From an uncultured Dorea sp. (GTDB lineage: Bacteria; Bacillota; Clostridia; Lachnospirales; Lachnospiraceae), in assembly GCA_947564705.1 (NCBI GenBank), contig CANODD010000001.1:1-36716 (forward strand): a stretch of 36,716 nucleotides of DNA. The letters are read 5' to 3'. The position numbers were made by a program, and so were the translations under genes. A model generated the notes under the pieces. It worked only from the letters and a program-made list of their open reading frames with translations, made no database searches and was not told where the DNA came from. Shown here in pieces: positions 10,056 to 19,973 of this stretch (positions are counted from its first letter, which is position 1; each line of letters starts with the position of its first letter).

Positions 10056-10177
10056 AGAATCTCTCCTCTGAAAATATTTTTATATCCCTTGTTGCAGTGT
10101 ATTTCAGTGAGAGTATGTTCTATTCGTCGTTTTTCATACCTATGCCGGTATATGGAAGAAAATCTCAATGTCGGGCG

Positions 10178-10238
10178 TTGTAAAAGAAGTTTTCTATGTT
10201 ATACTGTAATAAGAATTTGTCAGGTCAAAGGCAGGTCA
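10178..10238 (+). promoter_or_regulatory. Promoter of the first two-component system with a downstream direct repeat
   Basis: TTGTAA-N16-TATACT with extended TG; CAGGTCA at 10221 and 10232 (11-bp period). Confidence 0.45.
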
Positions 10239-10264
10239 GAGGTTGAGGATAAGGGAGAAGCAGA

Positions 10265-10942
10265 ATGTTAGAATCGAAAGTATTGTTGATAGAAGATGAT
10301 CCGGCGATAGTAGAGAACTTATCGGCTTATCTGAAAGAAGAGAGATTTGAAGTGACGGCGGTGGACGGGCAGAGCAAGGCTCTTGCGCAGATAGAGGCAG
10401 ACCGGCCGGATATTATCCTGCTGGATGTGACCCTTGCGCAGGGAAACGGATATAGTACCTGTACGGCGGTCAAGGCGGACTATGATATTCCCATTATATT
10501 TCTGACGGCGCTTGGAGATGAGTTCTCCGTGGTTACCGGGCTGGATATGGGGGCGGACGATTATATCAGCAAGCCTTTCCGTCCCCGTGAGCTGGTTTCA
10601 AGGATGCGCTCCGTATTAAGGCGGGCAGGGAGGTTTGGCGGCGCGGTGCAGGTGGGCGGCCTGAAGGTAGATATGGAGAAGGGCGCCGTATTTCGGGCGG
10701 GGGAAGAGCTGTTCCTTTCTGCCCTGGAGTATCGGCTGTTTCTCGTATTCCTGAACCATCGGGGAAAGATCCTGTCCCGGGGACAGCTATTGGAAGAGAT
10801 CTGGGATGTCGTGGGGGAGTATGTCAATGACAATACGCTGACCGTGTACATCAAGAGGCTGCGGGATAAGATTGAACTGGATCCTCAGAATCCGGAGATT
10901 ATTAAGACGGTAAGAGGGATGGGATATCGGATGGAGGCATAG
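10265..10942 (+). CDS. OmpR/PhoB-family response regulator
   Basis: LLIEDD, LLDV, FLTA and GADDYISKPF receiver motifs; winged-helix tail LTVYIKRLRDKIE...TVRGMGY. Confidence 0.95.
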   Translation: MLESKVLLIEDDPAIVENLSAYLKEERFEVTAVDGQSKALAQIEADRPDIILLDVTLAQGNGYSTCTAVKADYDIPIIFLTALGDEFSVVTGLDMGADDYISKPFRPRELVSRMRSVLRRAGRFGGAVQVGGLKVDMEKGAVFRAGEELFLSALEYRLFLVFLNHRGKILSRGQLLEEIWDVVGEYVNDNTLTVYIKRLRDKIELDPQNPEIIKTVRGMGYRMEA

Positions 10943-10987
10943 CTTTGAACATATGTAATCGGAGAAATGAAATGGAGGCACGGTATC

Positions 10988-11998
10988 ATGTGGATATTTC
11001 GTAACAGAGAATTTACAGGACAGATCATCAGATATGCTGCCGGAACGATAGTGCTTATTGTAGCAGCAAGGATTCTTGGGGGAAGGAACGCTGCTTTTGC
11101 GGCGTTCTTTTGCAGTATATTTTGGTGTATACAGCACCTTCTGGAAATGAACAGGAGATATTGTGAGATGCGCAGGCTTGCCGCACAGATCGATGAACTT
11201 CTTCACGGAATCGATGTTCCGGAATTCGAACATTTCCGTGAGGGCGACCTGGAGATACTCCGGGATGAGATCAGCAAGATGACTATTCGGTTAAAGGAGC
11301 AGGCGGCGCTTCTTAAGAAGGATAAGACGTCTCTTGCGGACGCCCTTGCGGATATCTCTCATCAGGTGCGGACGCCGCTTACGTCTCTGAATATCCTGTT
11401 GGAACGGCTTAAGAGCCCGGAACTGGATATTGAGACGAGAAGACGTCTCCTTCGGGAAGCAGAGGGACTGCTTGCAAAGATGGAATGGCTGATGACGGCG
11501 CTTCTTAAGATGTCCAAGCTTGAGACCGGAACGATTTCCCTTAAGAAGGAAAGGATTCAGATGCAGGGATTCGTCGCGGAGGCCCTCTCGCCTTTTGAAC
11601 TTGCCATGGAGATTCACGGCAAGGAATGTCTGATCAGCGGAACAGAGGGAAAGGAATTCACAGGTGACTATGCCTGGACGCTGGAAGCGGTACAGAATGT
11701 GATTAAGAACGGACTGGAATATACGCCGGACGGAGGGCGGCTGACGATCTGCTGCGAAGAGAATCCGCTGTATACGGAGCTTCGGATCACGGATTCGGGG
11801 TCGGGGATTCCGAAGGCGGATCTTCCTCATCTGTTTGAGAGATTCTACAGGGGAGAGAACGCCGGAAGGGACAGCTTCGGGATCGGGCTTGCGCTGGCGC
11901 AGATGATACTGTCTCGGGAGAACGCGGTCATCCGCGCCCAGAACGCGGCAGAAGGCGGCGGACAATTCCAGATACGGTTTTATAAGACGATGGTATAA
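10988..11998 (+). CDS. Sensor histidine kinase (intramembrane-sensing type)
   Basis: Two N-terminal hydrophobic helices with a short loop; H-box DISHQVRTPLT, N-box NVIKNG, DSGSGI, FERFYRG, GIGLA. GGAGG RBS before ATG 10988 (alternative start 10967). Confidence 0.92.
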   Translation: MWIFRNREFTGQIIRYAAGTIVLIVAARILGGRNAAFAAFFCSIFWCIQHLLEMNRRYCEMRRLAAQIDELLHGIDVPEFEHFREGDLEILRDEISKMTIRLKEQAALLKKDKTSLADALADISHQVRTPLTSLNILLERLKSPELDIETRRRLLREAEGLLAKMEWLMTALLKMSKLETGTISLKKERIQMQGFVAEALSPFELAMEIHGKECLISGTEGKEFTGDYAWTLEAVQNVIKNGLEYTPDGGRLTICCEENPLYTELRITDSGSGIPKADLPHLFERFYRGENAGRDSFGIGLALAQMILSRENAVIRAQNAAEGGGQFQIRFYKTMV

Positions 11999-11999
11999 A

Positions 12000-12053
12000 G
12001 TGACAGAATTGTAATGAAAGAGTCACGGAAGGGTCATATGGGAAGGTTATACT
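12000..12053 (+). promoter_or_regulatory. Response-regulator-dependent promoter of the ABC exporter
   Basis: GTGAC/GTAAT/GTCAC/GTCAT at 12000, 12011, 12022 and 12033, then TATACT at 12048; no recognisable -35. Confidence 0.6.
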
Positions 12054-12174
12054 TGTAGATACATCAGGGCGGGATGCTTTTCATCAAAAAGAGGGTTTAA
12101 TCTATAATAGGCGGCAGAATAGGAACTGACAGAACATTGTGTCCTGAGAGTATGGATCAAGAAGGTGAGGAAAA

Positions 12175-12858
12175 ATGGAAATATTGAAGATCGAGGATCT
12201 ACGGAAAGTATACGGAGAGGGTGAGAACAGGGTACATGCGCTGGACGGGGTATCATTTTCGGTGAACCGGGGAGAGTTTCTTTCAATCGTCGGCTCCTCC
12301 GGCTCAGGCAAATCTACGCTTCTGCATCTGATCGGCGGGGTGGACCGTCCGACTTCCGGCAAGGTGACCGTAGGCGGAACCGACGTCTATGCCCAGAACG
12401 AGGAGGAGCTGGCGATCTTCCGCAGGCGGCAGGTAGGGCTGATCTATCAGTTTTATAACCTGATCCCGGTGCTGAACGTGCGGGAGAATATGGCGCTTCC
12501 GGTATTGATGGACGGAAGGAAAGTCAACGAGAAGCGAATGGAAGAGCTGTTGGAGCTTTTGAAACTGAAACAAAGAGAAAAGCATCTCCCCAACCAGCTC
12601 TCCGGGGGACAGCAGCAGAGAGTTTCGATCGGCAGGGCGCTTTTGAACGCGCCGGCGCTTCTTCTGGCCGACGAGCCTACGGGTAATCTGGACAGCGAGA
12701 ATAGCCGTGAGATCATGAAGCTTCTGCGATATTCCAACGAGGTCTATCAGCAGACGGTTATCGTGATCACTCATGATGATGACGTGGCGCTTCAGGCCGA
12801 CAGGATTATCGCCCTGGAGGATGGGCGTATCGTGAAAGACGAGGTGATCCGCAGATGA
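12175..12858 (+). CDS. ABC transporter ATP-binding protein (LolD/MacB-like)
   Basis: Walker A GSSGSGKST, signature LSGGQQQRV, Walker B LLADEPTGNLD, H-loop ITHD. Confidence 0.95.
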   Translation: MEILKIEDLRKVYGEGENRVHALDGVSFSVNRGEFLSIVGSSGSGKSTLLHLIGGVDRPTSGKVTVGGTDVYAQNEEELAIFRRRQVGLIYQFYNLIPVLNVRENMALPVLMDGRKVNEKRMEELLELLKLKQREKHLPNQLSGGQQQRVSIGRALLNAPALLLADEPTGNLDSENSREIMKLLRYSNEVYQQTVIVITHDDDVALQADRIIALEDGRIVKDEVIRR

Positions 12859-15476
12859 ACATTTTCTCGACGATAACCGCGAAGACGATGAGGGCGAACC
12901 GTGTCCGTACGATCGTTACAATCATTGGAGTCATCTTGTCTACGTCTATGATCACGGCAGTCGCAACGTTCGGAACCAGTTTTCAGAGATTCCTGGTAAA
13001 TCACAGTATTGAAAGAGCCGGGAATTGGCATGTGGCAGTGAGCGGGGTCGAATCAGATCAGGCAAAGGAGCTGACGGAGCATGAAGACGCAGCGAACGCG
13101 GCAGGGATAAAGATCCTGGGATATGCATGGTTTGATCCGGTAGTGGAGAGTTCGCCGGAAGTTCCTTACTTATATGTGAGGGCGCTGTCCGAGGAAGCGC
13201 TTGACATGCTGCCGGCAGAGATGGCGGAGGGGCGTATGCCAAAGGCGGAGGATGAGATTGCGGTGCCGGCTTTTCTTATGGCAAATGAAGACCCGGACCA
13301 TCAGACGGAGATCGGAGATACGCTAACATTAGAGCTTGGCGAACGCTCTTACCAGGGAGAACGGCTGGGACAGAGCAATCCGTATATGGGTGAAGAATTC
13401 GAAGACGGCGAGACGTTTACTCCTGCAGAGACCAGGACTTTTACGGTGGTAGGAATCTATTCGTTCTGGCCGGACAGATCTTACGGTGCGCCGGCCTATG
13501 ACGTGCTGGCAGGTCCGACAGAGAAGGATACGGCGTACCAGGATGTATTTATAGAATTAAAGAAACCCCGCAGTGTATATGATTTTGCAGAAGAGAATCT
13601 GTCAATGGAAGGTGCGAGCGTTTTGTATAACGACAGCCTTCTGCGGTGGCTCGGGATTGCGGACAACTCGAATCTGACGGTTGTGATGGGAGGGCTTCTG
13701 ACGATTCTGATCGTTGTAATCATGGCTGGGTCCATCACATTGATCTACAATGCATTTTCCATCTCTCTCAGGGAGCGTACCGTGCAGTTCGGGCTTCTTT
13801 CTTCCATCGGCGCGACGAAGAAACAGCTCCGAAGCGCCATGCGGTATGAAGCGTTCTTTGTGAGCGCGGTGGGTATTCCGCTTGGGATTCTGGCCGGGGT
13901 CGGCGGTATCGGTGTGACGCTTCACTTTATCGGCAGCGGACTGACACGCTGGATTCACGGGACGGAGATGGGTATTCCGCTGTATGTGCCGGTTTGGGCC
14001 GCGGCGGCGGCAGCAGTTATCGCATTCGCGACGATCATGCTCTCGGTGTGGATTCCGTCAAGAAGGATACGGAAGATCACCCCTATGGAGGCGATCCGTT
14101 CCAGCGCAGATATCCGGGTGAGGCCGGGCGAAGTTAAGTCGGGGAAATGGGTGTCTGCAGTCTTCGGACTGGAAGGAATGATGGCTTCGAAGAACTATAA
14201 ACGGGACCGGCGGAAGTACCGGGCGACGGTGATCTCGCTTACGATGAGCATCGGACTGTTTACGGCGGCAGGTTTATTTAACATGTACCTGCTGAAGACC
14301 GGGGCGTTCGTCCTGGAGGTACCGGATATAGACCTGCAATACGAAATCTACAGCGACGAGGAGCAGCATGAAGAGGAAGCGGAAGCAATCTTTGACCGCA
14401 CAGAAGGGATTCACTCTATAACAAAGCATTATCATGGGTCTCTATTCTTCAAGGCGCCGAAGGAGTGGAATGAGAGGGAATTCCTGAATGTCTATATGCA
14501 GGAATTTGCAGAAGAGGATGAAGCAGATACACAGGCCTGGCTGGACGCGACGATGGTTGTATTAAATGACAAGGATTTTGAGCGCTTCGCGAAGGAGCAG
14601 AAAGCAGACGTATCAGACTATCAGGACAGCGATCATGTCAGGGTATTGTACCTGAATATGGCAAAGCAGTTTAACCCGGAGACGGAGCGCTATGAGAAGA
14701 AAGATATCTTCCCTGAAGGGACGGAGGGGATGTATCAGGCAGGATATCTCCGATATAATGAAGAAAACGACTATGCTTATATAGAGACGGCGATGGAGAT
14801 CGAACTGTCAGACGCGGTGAAGGATGTGCCGGATTCTTTTGAAGAATACACGAGCCGCGGTGTGGTGGTATTCCTCCCGGAGAGTATGTATCATAGGTTC
14901 AGGGCAGATTTTCCGGAAGAGAATCTGAATGCCGTATACGGGATCCAATGTGAGAATCCGACAGAGACATACCAGGATCTGGAGAAAGAATTTGAAGAGC
15001 AGGAGCTCTTGGACAGCGGATTCCTGGTGAATAATCGGGAAGAGTATGAGACAGACCGGAATACGATCATAGCGGTTAAAGTTCTGACATATGGCTTTGT
15101 GGTACTGATCTCCCTGATCGCAGCGGCCAACGTATACCACACAATCTCCACGAATCTGATGCTTAGACGTAAGGAATTCGCTATGCTAAGATCGATGGGA
15201 ATGTCTCCGAAGGGTTTTTGCAGAATGATGAATTACGAGTGCCTGATTTATGGTATCCGGTCGATGGTTTATGGCCTTGTGATTACGATATTAACCAGTA
15301 CGGCGCTTAACAAAAGCCTTGGGGCGGGAGCCGACGTGGAGTTCCTGATGCCATGGGGGTATATTATTACAGCCGTGGCCGGGGTATTCGCAGTCGTATT
15401 CCTGACCATGCTGTATACGATGCGTGTAATCGGGAAGAATAATATCGTGGAGGAATTGAAGATGAATGAAGTGTGA
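12855..15476 (+). CDS. FtsX/MacB-like ABC transporter permease
   Basis: ATGA overlap with the ATPase gene; two FtsX-type repeats (FGLLSSIGAT, EFAMLRSMGMS) with large extracellular loops. Confidence 0.92.
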   Translation: MNIFSTITAKTMRANRVRTIVTIIGVILSTSMITAVATFGTSFQRFLVNHSIERAGNWHVAVSGVESDQAKELTEHEDAANAAGIKILGYAWFDPVVESSPEVPYLYVRALSEEALDMLPAEMAEGRMPKAEDEIAVPAFLMANEDPDHQTEIGDTLTLELGERSYQGERLGQSNPYMGEEFEDGETFTPAETRTFTVVGIYSFWPDRSYGAPAYDVLAGPTEKDTAYQDVFIELKKPRSVYDFAEENLSMEGASVLYNDSLLRWLGIADNSNLTVVMGGLLTILIVVIMAGSITLIYNAFSISLRERTVQFGLLSSIGATKKQLRSAMRYEAFFVSAVGIPLGILAGVGGIGVTLHFIGSGLTRWIHGTEMGIPLYVPVWAAAAAAVIAFATIMLSVWIPSRRIRKITPMEAIRSSADIRVRPGEVKSGKWVSAVFGLEGMMASKNYKRDRRKYRATVISLTMSIGLFTAAGLFNMYLLKTGAFVLEVPDIDLQYEIYSDEEQHEEEAEAIFDRTEGIHSITKHYHGSLFFKAPKEWNEREFLNVYMQEFAEEDEADTQAWLDATMVVLNDKDFERFAKEQKADVSDYQDSDHVRVLYLNMAKQFNPETERYEKKDIFPEGTEGMYQAGYLRYNEENDYAYIETAMEIELSDAVKDVPDSFEEYTSRGVVVFLPESMYHRFRADFPEENLNAVYGIQCENPTETYQDLEKEFEEQELLDSGFLVNNREEYETDRNTIIAVKVLTYGFVVLISLIAAANVYHTISTNLMLRRKEFAMLRSMGMSPKGFCRMMNYECLIYGIRSMVYGLVITILTSTALNKSLGAGADVEFLMPWGYIITAVAGVFAVVFLTMLYTMRVIGKNNIVEELKMNEV

Positions 15477-15593
15477 TCATTTCAGTACATTGGAATGACC
15501 GTTCGGTACAAATCTCTTGAAATCTTATGAAGGAAGAATAGAATATTATTATAGCGTTTGACGCATAAGTTTAATAAGATTAGGAGGGAGATT

Positions 15594-16067
15594 ATGGGAC
15601 CGGTTTCAGGAGTGAATGAAAGGCAGGCAGATCCATATCTGCAATGGAGCAGACAAATAGAAAAGAACGCGTCCGGGGCAGGAATGAAAAGAGCAGAAGA
15701 GAAGACGCAGGATTCTCAGGATGTAAAGGAAAAAGAAAATAATCTGGCGGAAGGTGCAATGAATGTTCCGGCGCGGCGTACGAGGGACGAATATATTCCG
15801 GAGACGAAAGGGGATGCAGATTCAAAGCGCGTAAAGAATGAGAAATCAGAGAAATCAGAGATGTGGAGGTGCAGTACCGATAAGGTCGACCGTGAGATCG
15901 AGAAACTTAAGAAACAGAAAGCAGAGCTGGAAGGTAAGCTGAGTATGGAAAAGGATGAGAGGAAGATTCAGGAATTAGAAAGACAGCTTAGTCAGGTAGA
16001 AAGAGAGTTAAGCCAGAAAGATAACGACACATATCGGAAGCAGCATATGGAGATGACGAAGCTGTAG
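15594..16067 (+). CDS. FlxA-like coiled-coil protein
   Basis: GGAGG RBS; K/E/Q-rich; C-terminal STDKVDREIEKLK...ERELSQKDNDTYRKQH coiled coil. Confidence 0.6.
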   Translation: MGPVSGVNERQADPYLQWSRQIEKNASGAGMKRAEEKTQDSQDVKEKENNLAEGAMNVPARRTRDEYIPETKGDADSKRVKNEKSEKSEMWRCSTDKVDREIEKLKKQKAELEGKLSMEKDERKIQELERQLSQVERELSQKDNDTYRKQHMEMTKL

Positions 16068-16112
16068 GACTTTAGAATCTGCCGTCGGATAAGCGGTACA
16101 ATATAAAAGAAT

Positions 16113-16162
16113 AAAGCACACTTTGTTCGGTAGAAGAATATGGAATAAAGTGTGCTTTTTTT
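16113..16162 (+). terminator. Intrinsic terminator
   Basis: AAAGCACACTTT...AAAGTGTGCTTT followed by a T run. Confidence 0.75.
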
Positions 16163-16264
16163 ATTGGAAAAATTCCAACCGCACAGTTGGAATTTTTTTC
16201 ACACAATCACCATACTTTTCTGTTATACTATATACAAAGACTGACGGGACGGAGGCTTAAGGTA

Positions 16265-16942
16265 ATGGACAGGATTAAGATATTAGTGGTGGATGATGAG
16301 AGCAGGATGCGCAAACTGGTCCGGGACTTCCTGGAACGGGAGGGCTTTTGGGTACTGGAAGCAGGAGACGGGCTGGAAGCGATGGACTTATTCTATCAGG
16401 ATAAAGAGATAGCGCTTATGATTCTGGATGTGATGATGCCGAAGATGGACGGATGGCAGGTGTGCAGGGAGGTACGTCAGACGTCCGGGATACCGATTAT
16501 TATGCTGACGGCGCGCTCGGAAGAGAGGGACGAGCTGCAGGGGTTTGAACTGGGAGTAGATGAATATATCTCTAAGCCCTTCAGCCCGAAGATCTTAGTG
16601 GCGAGGGTCACGGCCATTCTGAGGCGTTCCCACGCGCTGGATGCCGGACAGACGGTTGACGCCGGAGGAATCAGTATCGATAAGGCGGCGCATCAGGTGA
16701 AGATAGACGGTAAGGAGATAGAACTCAGCTATAAAGAATTCGAGCTTTTATCGTATTTTATCGAGAACCAGGGGATCGCGCTGTCCAGGGAGAAGATTCT
16801 GAACAATGTGTGGAATTATGATTATTTTGGAGATGCCCGGACGATTGATACACACGTGAAGAAATTGCGGAGCAAGCTGGGAGAGAAGGGCAATTATATC
16901 AGGACAATCTGGGGAATGGGTTATAAGTTTGAGGTGGAATAA
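16265..16942 (+). CDS. OmpR/PhoB-family response regulator
   Basis: ILVVDDE, LDVMMP, MLTA, YISKPF, RTIDTHVKKLR, TIWGMGYKF; GGAGG RBS before ATG 16265. Confidence 0.95.
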   Translation: MDRIKILVVDDESRMRKLVRDFLEREGFWVLEAGDGLEAMDLFYQDKEIALMILDVMMPKMDGWQVCREVRQTSGIPIIMLTARSEERDELQGFELGVDEYISKPFSPKILVARVTAILRRSHALDAGQTVDAGGISIDKAAHQVKIDGKEIELSYKEFELLSYFIENQGIALSREKILNNVWNYDYFGDARTIDTHVKKLRSKLGEKGNYIRTIWGMGYKFEVE

Positions 16943-16943
16943 G

Positions 16944-18407
16944 ATGAGACGTTCGGTCAAACGGCAGATGATTACGGTGTTCCTGGGGCTTCTTGTGTCT
17001 CTTATAGCAGTGCTTTTTATCATCAATGTCCGGTTTCTGGAACCATATTATATCGGGAATAAGAAGACACAGTTTATTGAGATGTATCATATGCTGAACC
17101 AGGCAGTTGAGAAAGGATCGCTGGACAATACGGATAAATCGGGAGAACTGATCTTTCTGGCGGAGAAGAGTAATATCTCGTTCCTGGTACAGGATAGTTC
17201 CGGCGTGTTCTACACGAATGTGCATGACCAGGAGCAGTTAAAGAATCAACTCCTGGGATACCGGCTGAATCAGGCGCAGAAGACAGGAAAAGTGCTGGAA
17301 AGTACGGATCATTATCAGATTACCCAGTCCTGGAGTCCGTGGAATCAGACGGATTATGTGGAAATGTGGGGAAGTCTTGACGACGGAAGCCAGTTTCTGC
17401 TTCGAAGTCCCCTGGAGGGTATCAAGGAGAGCGCGAAGATCTCGAACCGTTTTCTGCTTTCTATCGGAAGCGTGCTGATTCTGGTAGGAATCATATCGGT
17501 CTGGTTCTTTTCAAAGCGCCTTACAGATCCGATTCTGGAGCTCGCTCTTTTGTCGGACCGGATGGCGGATTTGGATTTTGAGGCAAAGTATACCAGCGGC
17601 GGATGTGATGAGATCGGGGAGTTGGGGGCGAATTTTAACCGGATGTCGGAGAAGCTTGAGAGTACGATCTGTGAATTGAAATGCGCGAATAACAGGCTGA
17701 AAGAGGATATCGAACAAAAAGAGAAGCTGGAAAAGATGCGCAATGAATTCCTGGGAAATGTTTCGCATGAACTTAAGACTCCCATCGCACTGATTCAGGG
17801 GTATGCGGAAGGGCTGAAAGAAGGGGTGAACGACGATCCCAGGGACCGGGAGTTCTACTGTGACGTCATTATGGACGAAGCGGCGAAGATGAATCAGATG
17901 GTAAGGAATCTGCTGACGCTGAACCAGTTGGAGTTTGGAGATGAAGACATTGTATTCGAACGGTTTGATCTGACGGAACTTATCAGAGGGATTCTGCAGA
18001 GCATGGAGATCCTTGCGGAACAGGAGGGGATCCGGGTGATCTTCCGCCAGGAACAGAGGGTCTACGTGTGGGCGGACGAGTTCAAGGTGGAGCAGGTGGT
18101 CCGCAACTACGTAAGCAACGCGTTCCACCATGTAGATAAAGAGAAAGTAGTGGAAGTAAGGATACGGACGGAAGAGAACAAGGCAAGAGTGACGGTGTTC
18201 AATACAGGCGCGCCGATTGCAGAAGAAGACGTCGGGCATATCTGGGAAAAATTCTATAAAGCGGACAAGGCTCATACCCGTGAGTACGGCGGGAATGGGA
18301 TCGGATTGTCCATCGTGAAAGCCATTATGGAATCTTTCCATCAGAAGTATGGAGTGAATAATTACGACAACGGTGTTGAATTCTGGTTTGAACTTGATGT
18401 ACAATGA
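16944..18407 (+). CDS. HAMP-domain sensor histidine kinase
   Basis: Two TM helices flanking an extracellular domain; HAMP DEIGELGANFNRM; H-box NVSHELKTP; NYVSNA; GNGIGLSIV. Confidence 0.95.
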   Translation: MRRSVKRQMITVFLGLLVSLIAVLFIINVRFLEPYYIGNKKTQFIEMYHMLNQAVEKGSLDNTDKSGELIFLAEKSNISFLVQDSSGVFYTNVHDQEQLKNQLLGYRLNQAQKTGKVLESTDHYQITQSWSPWNQTDYVEMWGSLDDGSQFLLRSPLEGIKESAKISNRFLLSIGSVLILVGIISVWFFSKRLTDPILELALLSDRMADLDFEAKYTSGGCDEIGELGANFNRMSEKLESTICELKCANNRLKEDIEQKEKLEKMRNEFLGNVSHELKTPIALIQGYAEGLKEGVNDDPRDREFYCDVIMDEAAKMNQMVRNLLTLNQLEFGDEDIVFERFDLTELIRGILQSMEILAEQEGIRVIFRQEQRVYVWADEFKVEQVVRNYVSNAFHHVDKEKVVEVRIRTEENKARVTVFNTGAPIAEEDVGHIWEKFYKADKAHTREYGGNGIGLSIVKAIMESFHQKYGVNNYDNGVEFWFELDVQ

Positions 18408-18479
18408 GCTGGTACAGATCTGTGCAATTCACGGTTAATTATGCAACGCTGTATCAGGAGAAGAGGAGGGGCTGCAAAA

Positions 18480-19085
18480 GTGATAGCGATACTTGACTAT
18501 GATGCCGGTAATATAAAGAGTGTGGAGAAAGCTATGCTGCTGCTGGGGCAGGATGTGACGGTTACGCGAAAGAGAGAGACGATTCTTAAGGCGGATAAGG
18601 TGATACTTCCCGGCGTCGGGGCGTTTGGAGATGCCATGGGAAAGATCCGCCAGTACGGGCTCTATGAGGTGATTCATGAAGTGGTTGAACAGGGGACGCC
18701 GTTTCTTGGGATCTGCCTGGGGCTGCAGCTTTTATTTGAGCGGAGCGAAGAGTCGCCGGGAGAGGAAGGACTTGGAATCTTGAAGGGAGAGATCCTGCGG
18801 ATTCCTGATACGCCGGGGCTTAAAATTCCGCATATGGGATGGAATTCTCTGGAATTCAGGAATAACGGAAGGTTGTTTGCGGGCCTGCCGCAGGAGTCAT
18901 ACGTGTATTTTGTGCATTCTTATTATCTGAAGGCTGCGGACGAGGGGATTGTGACGGCGGTTACAGAATATGGTACGCAGATTCATGCCTCTGTGGAGCA
19001 AGATAATATCTTTGCGTGTCAGTTCCACCCGGAAAAGAGCAGTGATGTGGGTATTCGGATACTTCAGAATTTTATATCCATATAG
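18480..19085 (+). CDS. hisH: Imidazole glycerol phosphate synthase glutaminase subunit
   Basis: LPGVGAFG, GICLGLQ, IPHMGWN, YFVHSY, QFHPEKS; GTG start after GGAGG. Confidence 0.95.
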   Translation: MIAILDYDAGNIKSVEKAMLLLGQDVTVTRKRETILKADKVILPGVGAFGDAMGKIRQYGLYEVIHEVVEQGTPFLGICLGLQLLFERSEESPGEEGLGILKGEILRIPDTPGLKIPHMGWNSLEFRNNGRLFAGLPQESYVYFVHSYYLKAADEGIVTAVTEYGTQIHASVEQDNIFACQFHPEKSSDVGIRILQNFISI

Positions 19086-19177
19086 TGTGAGTATGGAATG
19101 AGGAAGACATAGTTATTTGGCTTAGATGTACTGTGAGTATGGAATGAGGAAGACATAGTTATTTGGTTTAGATGTAC
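19086..19177 (+). repeat. 46-bp tandem duplication (2 copies, 1 mismatch)
   Basis: TGTGAGTATGGAATGAGGAAGACATAGTTATTTGG(C/T)TTAGATGTAC at 19086 and 19132. Confidence 0.95.
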
Positions 19178-19205
19178 TTTTATATAGAAGGGACTGAGAG
19201 AAAGA

Positions 19206-19973
19206 ATGCATACAAAGAGGATTATACCATGTCTGGATGTGAACCGGGGACGGGTTGTTAAAGGGGTGAATTTTGTAGATCTTAAGGATGCTGGAGATCC
19301 GGTGGAGATCGGACGGGCATATGATAAAGCCGGAGCGGATGAGCTGGTATTCCTGGATATCACGGCTTCTTCCGACGCGAGAGGAACGGTTGTGGATATG
19401 GTCCGTAAGGTGGCGGAGACCGTATTCATTCCGTTTACGGTAGGCGGAGGTATCCGGACGGTTGAGGATTTTAAGATACTGTTAAGAGAAGGGGCGGATA
19501 AGATCTCGATTAATTCTTCGGCGATCAATACTCCCGGATTGATCAGCGACGCGGCGGATAAGTTCGGCAGCCAGTGCGTGGTGGTGGCGATCGACGCGAA
19601 GCGCAGGGCTGACGGAGGCGGATGGAATATCTACAAGAACGGAGGAAGGATCGACGTAGGTATCGATGCGCTGGAATGGGCGCAGAAAGTAGAGAAGCTT
19701 GGCGCGGGGGAGATTCTTCTTACGAGTATGGACTGCGACGGTACGAAGGCGGGATATGATCTTGAGCTTACACGGGCCGTGGCGGATGCGGTGTCGATTC
19801 CGGTTATAGCGTCGGGCGGAGCGGGAACGCTCGGGCATTTCTACGAAGCATTGACGGAGGGCGGAGCGGACGCGGCTTTGGCGGCATCCCTCTTCCACTA
19901 TAAAGAGCTTACGATCAAAGAAGTGAAGGAATATCTCCGGGAGAGAAGGGTTCCGGTCCGGCTGAGTATCTGA
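19206..19973 (+). CDS. hisF: Imidazole glycerol phosphate synthase cyclase subunit
   Basis: [45 protein letters not shown]. Confidence 0.97.
   Translation: MHTKRIIPCLDVNRGRVVKGVNFVDLKDAGDPVEIGRAYDKAGADELVFLDITASSDARGTVVDMVRKVAETVFIPFTVGGGIRTVEDFKILLREGADKISINSSAINTPGLISDAADKFGSQCVVVAIDAKRRADGGGWNIYKNGGRIDVGIDALEWAQKVEKLGAGEILLTSMDCDGTKAGYDLELTRAVADAVSIPVIASGGAGTLGHFYEALTEGGADAALAASLFHYKELTIKEVKEYLRERRVPVRLSI

Noticed and set aside
19086-19177. 46-bp direct repeat as a CRISPR array
   Set aside because: Only two adjacent copies, no spacer and no cas genes.
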